From Candidatus Firestoneibacteriota bacterium (GTDB lineage Bacteria; Oederibacteriota; D2-FULL-39-29; JBBTED01), in assembly GCA_038042445.1 (NCBI GenBank), contig JBBTED010000134.1:1-18861 (forward strand): a DNA stretch of 18,861 nt, given 5' to 3'. The position numbers and the translations under genes are program-made. Every line of letters starts with the position of its first letter. Position 1 is the stretch's first letter. Below the pieces are notes generated by a model that saw only the letters and a program-made list of their open reading frames with translations, was not told where the DNA came from and did no database searches. This document shows, one piece after another, positions 1-9,591 of the stretch.

Positions 1-1057
1 GAATTTATTTCAGCATATAATGAATTCAAATGTTCCTGTTGTTGTTTACATTTATCCAAATGGGGCAAGAGCAGCATCTGCAGGCGTTTTTATAGCATTG
101 GCTGCGGATATAGTCGCAATGTCTCCAGGAACAAATATAGGAGCTGCTCATCCTGTGGATTTAAGTGGTAAATCAGCATCAGAAAAAATAACAAATGATG
201 CAGTTGCTTATATTAAAGCTATTGCTCAGAAAAAACATAGGAATATAAGTTGGGCTGAAAAAGCTGTTAAAGAAAGTGTTTCAATAACAGAAACCGAAGC
301 AGTAAAATTAAAAATTTCAGATTGGACATCTTCAAGTATAGATGAATTATTGACAAAAATTAATGGTAAAAAAATTATATTGTCTAATAATGAGACTAAA
401 ATTATAGATACCAAAGGTAGTAGAATTAGACATATAAAAATGAATAATATAGAAAAATTTTTAAATGCGATTTCTGATCCAAATATTGCTTATGTATTAT
501 TTATGCTTGGTATTTATGGATTAATTTATGAATTGGCAAGTCCTGGAACATTATTTTCTGGAATTGTTGGTGTTATATGTATAATTTTGGCTTTAACGGC
601 TTTTGAAAGTTTACCAATTAATCTTGCTGGATTACTTTTGATTTTGTTGGCAATTTTACTATTCTTTTTGGATATAAAAGCTCCTACTCATGGGATTTTG
701 ACAATTGGGGGCATAATAGCTTTAACTTTAGGTTCATTTATGCTTTTTGTTCCATCATTGCCTGAATATAGAGTATCTACGAGTATAGTTGTAACAATGG
801 TTATACTTACATCTGGTTTTTTTACATTTGCAATAGCTAAGGGAATACTTGCGCAGAAATCCAAAGTAATGTCAGGTTGGGAAAGTTTGATAGGGAAAGA
901 GGGGGATGCAAGATCAGATATTGCTCCTGAAGGCAGAGTTTATGTTGCAGGCGAAGAATGGACTGCATATATTGAAGGGGGAACTATAACAAAAGGTGAA
1001 AAAATAAAAGTTATTGGAATAAATGGAGTTAAATTAAAGGTTGAAAAAGCAGGATAA
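1..1057 (+). CDS. nfeD: Long-form NfeD (membrane-bound ClpP-class serine protease + TM domain + C-terminal OB fold); 5' end lies outside the window
   Basis: Frame is open from base 2. Motifs PVVVY.YP.GARAASAG (catalytic Ser), MSPGTNIGAAHPV, SEKITND (Lys), a 4-5 TM segment, and OB fold G.V.VAGEEWTA...GEKIKVIGINGVKLKV. Confidence 0.92.
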   Translation, partial: NLFQHIMNSNVPVVVYIYPNGARAASAGVFIALAADIVAMSPGTNIGAAHPVDLSGKSASEKITNDAVAYIKAIAQKKHRNISWAEKAVKESVSITETEAVKLKISDWTSSSIDELLTKINGKKIILSNNETKIIDTKGSRIRHIKMNNIEKFLNAISDPNIAYVLFMLGIYGLIYELASPGTLFSGIVGVICIILALTAFESLPINLAGLLLILLAILLFFLDIKAPTHGILTIGGIIALTLGSFMLFVPSLPEYRVSTSIVVTMVILTSGFFTFAIAKGILAQKSKVMSGWESLIGKEGDARSDIAPEGRVYVAGEEWTAYIEGGTITKGEKIKVIGINGVKLKVEKAG

Positions 1058-1429
1058 ATGAAAAAGAAAATTTTAATAGTTGATGATTCAAAATTTTCAT
1101 GTGACATAATAGCGAGTATGTTGTCTGGTTTGGATTGCGATGTAATAATCGCTCAGGACGGTGAAGAGGGTGTTAAAAGAGCAATAGAAGAAAAACCAAA
1201 TTTAATAATTATGGATTTCATACTGCCTAAAAAAACTGGTCTTGAAGTTACGAGAGAGATAAAGTCAAATGAAATAACCAAAAGTATTCCTATAATTATG
1301 ATAAGTTCTTTTAGGGAATTATACGATGAATTAAAATCTACATATAATTTTAATCCGGATGTTTTTTTACCTAAACCAGTTGAAAAACGAGAATTATTGA
1401 AATATGTGCAACAGCTTTTAATGGGTTGA
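1058..1429 (+). CDS. Single-domain response regulator (CheY-like receiver)
   Basis: KILIVDD, LIIMD (phosphoacceptor Asp), PIIMISS, FLPKPV. The ATG directly follows the nfeD stop (TAAATG). Confidence 0.92.
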   Translation: MKKKILIVDDSKFSCDIIASMLSGLDCDVIIAQDGEEGVKRAIEEKPNLIIMDFILPKKTGLEVTREIKSNEITKSIPIIMISSFRELYDELKSTYNFNPDVFLPKPVEKRELLKYVQQLLMG

Positions 1430-1831
1430 TGATTTAACCTTTTTTTCATCAGCTATTTCAACTATTTTGCCGTGTTCTTTTCCTAACATTTGGCAATTAC
1501 CTTCAAAAATTCCACCATTTGAAATCACAACAGATGGAGCTTTTATATCGCCAAATAATTGCCCTCCTGAAGTTATTTCTAATTTTACAGATGCATCTGC
1601 ATTGCCTTCTGTTTTACCACTTATTGAAATGTTTTTTGCTTCTATATCGCCTTTTACTTTGCCGTCTTTTCCAATTATAACATCACCTTCACTTATTACA
1701 CCACCATCTATTTTGCCATCAATTCGTATTGTAGCTTTGCTTGTAATGGTTCCTCTAATTTCAGCTTCAGGTCCAACTACAGTGCAGACTTTAGAAACTT
1801 TTGATTCATCACCGATTTTTGTTCCAAACAT
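1418..1831 (-). CDS. Bactofilin (polymer-forming cytoskeletal protein, CcmA/BacA family)
   Basis: Beta-helix repeats TVVGPEAEIRGTI...IRIDGKIDGGV...VIIGKDGKVKGDIEA...G.L.GDIKAPSVVI.NGGIFEGNCQM. Strong SD AGGAGGTG upstream. Confidence 0.92.
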   Translation of the reverse strand: MFGTKIGDESKVSKVCTVVGPEAEIRGTITSKATIRIDGKIDGGVISEGDVIIGKDGKVKGDIEAKNISISGKTEGNADASVKLEITSGGQLFGDIKAPSVVISNGGIFEGNCQMLGKEHGKIVEIADEKKVKSSTH

Positions 1832-1873
1832 ATAAAAACACCTCCTGATTTTTTATTCTCTTTAATAAGGGAA

Positions 1874-2803
1874 TTATTTTATATAACTGATTGGATTAAC
1901 AGGTACTCCGAATTTTCGTACTTCGTAATGTAAATGTGGACCTGTGCTATTACCAGTAGAGCCAACATACGCTATAATATCTCCACGTTTTACCCGTTCT
2001 CCTGTTTTTACTTTTATTTTAGTATTATGTCCATAACGTGTGGTATATCCATATCCATGATTTATTACAACTAATTTTCCATATCCTCCATGATAATCTG
2101 CGAAAACAATTACTCCATCTGCAACAGATTTAACAGGTGTTCCTTTATCTGCAGCTATATCCATTCCACAATGCCATTCAGAGTCATCTTCAGAATTTAT
2201 ACGAGAGAGATGTCTTGAACCAAATCCTGATGTTATCCAACCTCTAACTGGCCAAATAGATGGTGTTGCAGCAAGCAAAGACCGTTGTTCTTCAAGAAAG
2301 CGTTGAATTTCCTGAAAGTTTTGTTCTCGTAATTTAATTTCCTGCTGTAATTCTGTTACAACTTTTTTCATTGAGTCACGAGCTAATCCATCATCTTCAT
2401 GCAGGAGTTTTGAAAGGAATTTCTGATCTTTTTCAGTAGGTCCACCAGAACCAACTTCTTCTATCATTGATTTTGTGGATTTTAATTGAAGCATTTTCTT
2501 TAATTTGTCTTCCAGAAATCCAATATTTTTAATAGCATCTCTGGTTTTATTTATTTCCGCAGCAAAATACAAGGTTCTTTCCTGTAGTGTTTTATTTGTT
2601 TCAAGTGTTACTTTGTAATTTACATGTTTTGTTAAAATAAGTAGTGCAGAACCAATAGTGCTTGTACATATCAATGCAACAACACATACAATTAACATTG
2701 GAACCCGAATTTGACGTACTTTAGCGGTATCATGCGGCACTAACATTATAGTGATATTTCGCTCAAGCCATTTGATTAAGAAATTCTTTTTCTTATGAAT
2801 CAT
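1874..2803 (-). CDS. M23 family (LytM-like) peptidoglycan endopeptidase with N-terminal TM helix and coiled coil
   Basis: PSIWPVRGWITSGFG, HCGMD (HxxxD), YGKLVVINHG, GNSTGPHLHYEVR (HxH). Sits immediately upstream of the bactofilin gene. Confidence 0.92.
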   Translation of the reverse strand: MIHKKKNFLIKWLERNITIMLVPHDTAKVRQIRVPMLIVCVVALICTSTIGSALLILTKHVNYKVTLETNKTLQERTLYFAAEINKTRDAIKNIGFLEDKLKKMLQLKSTKSMIEEVGSGGPTEKDQKFLSKLLHEDDGLARDSMKKVVTELQQEIKLREQNFQEIQRFLEEQRSLLAATPSIWPVRGWITSGFGSRHLSRINSEDDSEWHCGMDIAADKGTPVKSVADGVIVFADYHGGYGKLVVINHGYGYTTRYGHNTKIKVKTGERVKRGDIIAYVGSTGNSTGPHLHYEVRKFGVPVNPISYIK

Positions 2804-2811
2804 AGTGTTAA

Positions 2812-2840
2812 AATATAACAGTAAAATTGAAATATTGCAA
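2812..2840 (-). promoter_or_regulatory. Putative sigma70 promoter for the M23-bactofilin genes
   Basis: Minus strand reads TTGCAA (2840-2835), 17 bp spacer, TATATT (2817-2812), with an extended -10 TG. The -10 is 8 nt upstream of the ATG at 2803. Confidence 0.5.
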
Positions 2841-2846
2841 GTGTTT

Positions 2847-3113
2847 TTAATTTTTAATTTTTTCTGCTTTTTCAGTAAGAATTACTACTTTATTTGGTAG
2901 AATTTCAGCAAACCCAGAATCTATTGAAAAATATAGAGTTTGTGTGTTATTCTTGATTTTTAACCTACCTTTTTTTAAAAAGGTTAGAAGGGGAGTATGT
3001 TTTGGTAATATACCTAATTCTCCATTTTGTCCTGGAATTATGACCATATCTGCTTTATCCTGTAATATTACAGATTCTGGAGTATATATTTCAATTTCAA
3101 ATTTATTCTGCAT
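2847..3113 (-). CDS. atpC: ATP synthase F1 epsilon subunit, short form (N-terminal beta-sandwich only)
   Basis: IEIYTPE...VIIPGQNGELGILPKHTPLLT.L..G...SGFAEI...V.ILTEKAE. Last gene of the atp operon; 88 aa. Confidence 0.93.
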   Translation of the reverse strand: MQNKFEIEIYTPESVILQDKADMVIIPGQNGELGILPKHTPLLTFLKKGRLKIKNNTQTLYFSIDSGFAEILPNKVVILTEKAEKIKN

Positions 3114-3122
3114 ATAAATATT

Positions 3123-3170
3123 GTAGTGTCGCTATGCGACCATTTATTGGGCGAGTAAACTCGCCCCTAC
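3123..3170. repeat. Heterologous inverted doublet of GTAG-type REP-like hairpins between atpD and atpC
   Basis: GTAG-T-GTCGC-TAT-GCGAC (3123-3140). On the minus strand GTAG-GGGCGAG-TTTA-CTCGCCC (3170-3149). Confidence 0.65.
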
Positions 3171-3187
3171 GGGTTTACCGATAAATA

Positions 3188-4704
<1,517 letters not shown>

Positions 4705-4736
4705 ATTTCTTTTTATTTTTTGTTTTTCGTTCTGCA

Positions 4737-5609
4737 TTATTTCAGTGCTTCGGCTCCGCCAACTAAATCAGCAATTTCACGAGTAATTGTTGATTGTCTT
4801 GCTTTGTTGAATGCCAATGTTAAATCAGTTAGCATTTCATCAGCGTTTTTTGTTGCTTTGTCCATTATTGTCATACGTTGGCCTTGTTCACTTGCATTTG
4901 ATTCAAGTAATATCCTGTAAAATTGAAATTTAACATACTTAGGTACTAATTCATTCATAATATCATCTGAATTCGGCTCGTATAGATAATCTGTTTTTGA
5001 TTTCCTGTGCCAATTATCTTTTGCTTGAGGAAATATAGGTAATAACTTTTCTAAAACTATTTTGCTTTGCATTGCTGTTTTGAATTCATTATATAACACA
5101 TAGATTTCACCATATTCTGATTTTAAATAATGGTCAATTAATTCTTGTGCAATTTTTTCTGCACTGGAATAAGTTAAATTCTTAAAGACATCAATATAAA
5201 TGTTTTTTATCTTTTGGGTATGTTTTTTTAAACCATCTTTGCCTTTTTTACCAATAACAAATAAATTGATTTCAGAGTTTTCTTTTATTATTTCCTTTTT
5301 AGTAATGTAACCGACTGTTTTTTTTAAGAGATTTGAATTAAAACTACTGCATAATCCTTTATCTGAAGTTATTACTACTATCAGGATATTATTCGCTTGT
5401 TTTGAATACAAAAGTGGGTGGGTATGGGAAGAGCGATTTGAAATTTCTGCCATCAATTCTTTTAATTTGTTTGCATAAGGTCTGCTGGATAAAATGGCTG
5501 AATGTGCGTGTTTAAATTTTATTGCAGATACCATTTTCATTGCTTTGGTAATTTGCCTTATTTTTGTTGTGCTTTTGATTCTTCTTTTAATTTCCCGTGT
5601 TCCCTGCAT
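4737..5609 (-). CDS. atpG: ATP synthase F1 gamma subunit
   Basis: IKRRIKS...QITKAMKMVS, ITSDKGLC..FN, ASEQGQRM..MDKATKNA, NKARQ.TITREIADLVGGAEAL. Confidence 0.98.
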   Translation of the reverse strand: MQGTREIKRRIKSTTKIRQITKAMKMVSAIKFKHAHSAILSSRPYANKLKELMAEISNRSSHTHPLLYSKQANNILIVVITSDKGLCSSFNSNLLKKTVGYITKKEIIKENSEINLFVIGKKGKDGLKKHTQKIKNIYIDVFKNLTYSSAEKIAQELIDHYLKSEYGEIYVLYNEFKTAMQSKIVLEKLLPIFPQAKDNWHRKSKTDYLYEPNSDDIMNELVPKYVKFQFYRILLESNASEQGQRMTIMDKATKNADEMLTDLTLAFNKARQSTITREIADLVGGAEALK

Positions 5610-5620
5610 AATTTTTTCCC

Positions 5621-7174
5621 TTATGGTTTGTCTTTTTCTACCAAACCATATTTTTCCTTGAATTTTTGCTTGAATACTTCAATTATAGGTTTGAATGTTG
5701 CAGTTAATTGTTCATCAATATCTTTTTTTGTAAGGATTTCCTTAAAAATCTTAGGATTTGTTTCTTCTATATAAATTAAAAATTCTGCTTCAAAATTTTT
5801 AAGTGAAGGAGTGGGGATATCGTCCAAATATCCTAATGTTGCAGCAAAAATAATTGCAATTTGTTTTTCAACAGGTATGGGTTTGTATTGATCCTGTTTT
5901 AAAAGTTCCACCATTTTCTCTCCACGTGTTAGCTGTTGTTCTGATGATTTATCTAATTCAGCACCAAACTGAGCAAATGCGGCTAATTCCTGATATTGTG
6001 CAAGATCCATACGTAATCTTCCTGCTATTTTTTTCATTGCTTTTATTTGTGCACTTCCGCCAACTCTTGAAACGGATAAACCAACATTAACTGCAGGTTT
6101 TATTCCTGCGTAGAATAAACCTGGTTCAAGGTATATCTGTCCATCAGTTATTGATATTACATTTGTCGGTATATATGCAGATATATCACCTGCCTGAGTT
6201 TCAATTATGGGTAACGCAGTTAAAGAACCGCTTCCACGTGTTTCAGATAATTTTGCAGCTCTTTCAAGAAGACGTGAATGCAAATAGAAAACATCACCAG
6301 GATAAGCTTCACGGCCTGGTGGTCTGCGTAAAAGCAAAGATAATTGTCTATATGCTACTGCATGTTTTGATAAATCATCGTATATTATTAGAGCGTGCAT
6401 TCCTGCATCTCTGAATTCTTCACCCATTGCACATCCTGTATATGGTGCTATATATTGAAGTGGGGCAGGTTCTGATGCAGTTGCAGATACAACTATAGTG
6501 TGGTCCATTGCATTGTTATCTTCTAAAGCTTTAACTACTTGTGCTACAGTAGATCTTTTTTGTCCTATTGCTACATATATACATATAACTCCTGTATTTT
6601 TTTGGTTTATTATAGCATCAATAGCGATTGCAGTTTTTCCTGTTTGTCTATCACCTATTATTAATTCACGTTGACCTCTGCCTATGGGAATCATTGAGTC
6701 AATAGCTTTTATACCTGTTTGTAAAGGTTCTTTTACAGGTTGACGTTCTATTACCATTGGCGCACGTGCTTCAATGGGTCTTTTCTTAGTTGTAAGAATA
6801 GGTCCTTTGCCATCAATAGGTTTTCCAATAGCATTAACAACTCTACCTATGAGTTGCTTGCCTACAGGAACTTCCATTATTTTGCCTGTGCTTTTTGCCA
6901 AATCTCCTTCTTTTATTGCTTTATCGTTACCAAGTAAAATACATCCTATGACGTCACGTTCTAAATTTAAAACCATACCATATACTTCTCCTGGAAATTC
7001 TATTAATTCACCTGCCATAGCATTTGGCATTCCATAGAGTTGCGCAATTCCGTCTCCAACTTGTATTACTACTCCTACATTTTCAGAGCGGACTTTAGAC
7101 TCGTATTTTTCTATCCGTTCTTTCAAAATAGAAGTTATTTCATCGGGTTTTGCCTGAAATTCTTTATGTGACAT
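5621..7174 (-). CDS. atpA: ATP synthase F1 alpha subunit
   Basis: [64 protein letters not shown]. Confidence 0.99.
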   Translation of the reverse strand: MSHKEFQAKPDEITSILKERIEKYESKVRSENVGVVIQVGDGIAQLYGMPNAMAGELIEFPGEVYGMVLNLERDVIGCILLGNDKAIKEGDLAKSTGKIMEVPVGKQLIGRVVNAIGKPIDGKGPILTTKKRPIEARAPMVIERQPVKEPLQTGIKAIDSMIPIGRGQRELIIGDRQTGKTAIAIDAIINQKNTGVICIYVAIGQKRSTVAQVVKALEDNNAMDHTIVVSATASEPAPLQYIAPYTGCAMGEEFRDAGMHALIIYDDLSKHAVAYRQLSLLLRRPPGREAYPGDVFYLHSRLLERAAKLSETRGSGSLTALPIIETQAGDISAYIPTNVISITDGQIYLEPGLFYAGIKPAVNVGLSVSRVGGSAQIKAMKKIAGRLRMDLAQYQELAAFAQFGAELDKSSEQQLTRGEKMVELLKQDQYKPIPVEKQIAIIFAATLGYLDDIPTPSLKNFEAEFLIYIEETNPKIFKEILTKKDIDEQLTATFKPIIEVFKQKFKEKYGLVEKDKP

Positions 7175-7197
7175 TTTTTTACCTCTTTTCTATTATG

Positions 7198-7268
7198 GTA
7201 GCCGCAGGCTTTAGCCTGCGTTCTTGTAAACTTGTATTCTTTAATCGCAGGCTAAAGCCTGCGGCTAC
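7198..7268. repeat. REPIN-like doublet: perfect 23-bp inverted pair of a GTAG-type REP
   Basis: GTAGCCGCAGGCTTTAGCCTGCG (7198-7220), 25-bp spacer, exact reverse complement (7246-7268). Same family as 11107-11178 and 17129-17151. Confidence 0.9.
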
Positions 7269-7270
7269 AT

Positions 7271-7807
7271 CTAATTATTAAGTAATATGTTTTTCAATTG
7301 TGCAAGTTTGTTTTTTATACTACCATCAATAAGTGTATCTTTTATTCTAACAGTTATACCGCCTATTAGTGAATTGTCTATTTCTGTTTGTAAAATTATA
7401 TTCTTGCCTGTAAAAATTTCTAATTGGATTTTTAGTTTTTTTATCAGATTCTCTTCTATAGGAAATGTTGAATTAACAGTTGCATCTACAGTATTGTTAT
7501 GTTTTTTAATAAGATCTTCGTACTCGTATAAAATTTCAAATAGTATATGCAATCGTTTTTTTTCTAAAAGTATGAGTAAAAAATTTATAATTGTTTCACC
7601 ATAGGAGTTAAAGTTTGATTTTATAAGAGAAATCTTATCTGCTTTTTGTATTATGGGGTTATCAAATATTTTTATCTGTTCATTTTTACCCAAAATTGCT
7701 TCGGATATTTTTTTTAACGAATTATTTATTTTGTCAAGCGATTTAAGTTTTTCAGCTTCTTCAAACAGAGCAAGTGCATATTTTTGAGCAATTGCAAGTC
7801 TTCTCAT
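7271..7807 (-). CDS. atpH: ATP synthase F1 delta subunit
   Basis: IAQKYALALFE, NFLLILLEKKR, D.SLIGGI.VRI.DTLIDGSIKNKL. ATGA overlap with atpF. Confidence 0.96.
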   Translation of the reverse strand: MRRLAIAQKYALALFEEAEKLKSLDKINNSLKKISEAILGKNEQIKIFDNPIIQKADKISLIKSNFNSYGETIINFLLILLEKKRLHILFEILYEYEDLIKKHNNTVDATVNSTFPIEENLIKKLKIQLEIFTGKNIILQTEIDNSLIGGITVRIKDTLIDGSIKNKLAQLKNILLNN

Positions 7808-8337
7808 TTCTTTTCAGCCCCAGTATTTTTTTCAGTCTTACTTCCAGTATTCCTTTCAGTCTCAATCTGAGTGATAAAATCTTCTACAAGTTTTTTATTT
7901 GTTTCTTTATTGAGGTTTTGTTTTAATATTTTTTCTGCGGCAGACATAGAAATATTAATTATTTCATCTTTTATTTCTTTTAATGTTTTTTCTTTTTCCA
8001 TCCCAAGCTTTTCTTTTGTTTGCAGTATGGTTTGCTTGGCTTCTTCACGTGCAGTTGAAATTATTTCTTCTTTTATTATTTGGCCTTCTTTTATCGCTTG
8101 TCTGGTTAATTCCTGTAATTTTACTTCAATAGAGCCAAGTTCTTTTTCGTATTTTTGTTTTAATTCATTCATTTCAGTTTTAAATTTTTCTGCATTTTCT
8201 ATATCTGATTTTATTTTTTCGCTTCTTGTTTCCATAATCTTGGTTAATCTCTTATAGAATATTTTCCATAGGAGTACTAATCCAAGTAGGAAAGTCGCAA
8301 GCTGCACCAATAAAATTTTTAAATCTATATCAACCAT
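7804..8337 (-). CDS. atpF: ATP synthase Fo subunit b
   Basis: N-terminal TM helix (LLVQLATFLLGLVLLWKIFYK), conserved R.EKI, long charged coiled coil, AAEKIL. Positioned between atpE and atpH. Confidence 0.94.
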   Translation of the reverse strand: MVDIDLKILLVQLATFLLGLVLLWKIFYKRLTKIMETRSEKIKSDIENAEKFKTEMNELKQKYEKELGSIEVKLQELTRQAIKEGQIIKEEIISTAREEAKQTILQTKEKLGMEKEKTLKEIKDEIINISMSAAEKILKQNLNKETNKKLVEDFITQIETERNTGSKTEKNTGAEKK

Positions 8338-8348
8338 AGTTTTTATTA

Positions 8349-8376
8349 TGTCATTCCCACGAAAGTGGGAATGACA
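8349..8376. repeat. Perfect 12-bp-stem hairpin, a collapsed member of the GTCATTCC/GGAATGAC repeat family
   Basis: TGTCATTCCCAC-GAAA-GTGGGAATGACA between atpE and atpF. Confidence 0.8.
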
Positions 8377-8390
8377 GTGGACAAAAATTG

Positions 8391-8756
8391 TTATTTGGTA
8401 ACGGCTTTTTCAGAAGAAGATTTTAATTTTGACAAATCTTTTTCTAACTGTATTTTTTGAATCTCCAGTTGTATAACTTCAACTTCAGATTTCATCTTTT
8501 CTGTTTCAAGAAAAGGTTTGGCTAATGGATTAGCGAATAAAATGATTATAGATATAACCAATACATAAATGGTTAATGATTCTATAAATGCCAGTCCTAT
8601 AATTAAAGTTGTAGTAATTGGACCTGTTGCTTCTGGTTGTCTTGATATTCCTTCCATTGCTTTTGATAATGCTATGCCTTGTGCAAGAGCTGTAGCTATA
8701 GTTCCTATTGCTATTGCACCACCTGCTACTATTACTGATATTACAAATATACTCAT
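8391..8756 (-). CDS. atpE: ATP synthase Fo subunit c with C-terminal coiled-coil extension (121 aa)
   Basis: Start re-placed at ATG 8756 because AAAGGAGG lies 5 nt upstream. Two TM helices, loop RQPEA, carboxylate in [13 protein letters not shown], then 43 hydrophilic residues. Confidence 0.95.
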   Translation of the reverse strand: MSIFVISVIVAGGAIAIGTIATALAQGIALSKAMEGISRQPEATGPITTTLIIGLAFIESLTIYVLVISIIILFANPLAKPFLETEKMKSEVEVIQLEIQKIQLEKDLSKLKSSSEKAVTK

Positions 8757-8777
8757 TATTTCCTCCTTTGAAAACAA

Positions 8778-8810
8778 CTCCCTCTTAATCTCCCTTATCA
8801 GGGGGAGGGT
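8778..8810. repeat. GC-rich imperfect hairpin between atpB and atpE
   Basis: CTCCCTCTTAATCTCCCTTATCAGGGGGAGGGT. Either CTCCC copy can pair with GGGGGAG. Stands out against the AT-rich background. Confidence 0.45.
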
Positions 8811-8865
8811 AGTTTTTGTATTATATATTTTGAAATTATCTATGTCAATAAATAATCAGATTTAT

Positions 8866-9591
8866 TTAATTGTGTTCTTCTGTTGCTGTAGCTCCGGCAA
8901 TATATATTATAGATAAACTTGTAAATACTAATGCTTGTATAAAACTTACAAGAGTTCCAAGAAGAATTATTGCAGGCCTTAATATTAGAGGAACGAGGAG
9001 CATAATTTTGCCAATAACTCCGGGTACATCTAAGAATACAATAAAAAGAAAGCCAAGCATTCCAAGCAATATTTCTTTAGCCATTATATTCCCGAATAAA
9101 CGTATTGATAATGATAAAGGTCTTGCGAGTTCACTTATTATATGGAGTGGGAAAAACAATGGTGCAAGCCAGTATGGAGGTCCCATAAAATGTTTAATAT
9201 AACCCCAAAGCCCTTTTTTCTTAATGCCTAAGTAGTGCGTGGAAAAAAATACAACGAGTGCTAATGCGACAGTTGTATTAATGCTGGAAGTTGGAGATTT
9301 AAATCCGGGTAGTAAACCTAACAGATTGGAGAAAAATATAAAAAGAAATATAGTTAAAAATAAAGGCGTGTATTTTATTCCTTCTTTACCTATAGTACCT
9401 TCACTTAAAGCGCTTATTTTTTCGAATCCCCATTCTAATATGTTTTGTAGTTTGCCTGGTATTATTTTGACTTTCATAGTTGCAATTGCGCATAAAATAA
9501 TAATAGCTGCCATTACAACCCATGACATTGTTATTATTTCAGGGACACCTGGCAAATGTAGTAATATTGGACCTTCTAAGCCTTCACTCAT
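8866..9591 (-). CDS. atpB: ATP synthase Fo subunit a
   Basis: PGKLQN..E, FIFFSNLLGLLP, PTS.INTT.ALAL, ELARPLSLSIRLFGN (essential Arg164), IQALVFTSL...YI. Confidence 0.97.
   Translation of the reverse strand: MSEGLEGPILLHLPGVPEIITMSWVVMAAIIILCAIATMKVKIIPGKLQNILEWGFEKISALSEGTIGKEGIKYTPLFLTIFLFIFFSNLLGLLPGFKSPTSSINTTVALALVVFFSTHYLGIKKKGLWGYIKHFMGPPYWLAPLFFPLHIISELARPLSLSIRLFGNIMAKEILLGMLGFLFIVFLDVPGVIGKIMLLVPLILRPAIILLGTLVSFIQALVFTSLSIIYIAGATATEEHN

Noticed and set aside
8757..8777. TTG start for atpE giving 128 aa
   Set aside because: This stretch contains the strong SD (AAAGGAGG) for ATG 8756.
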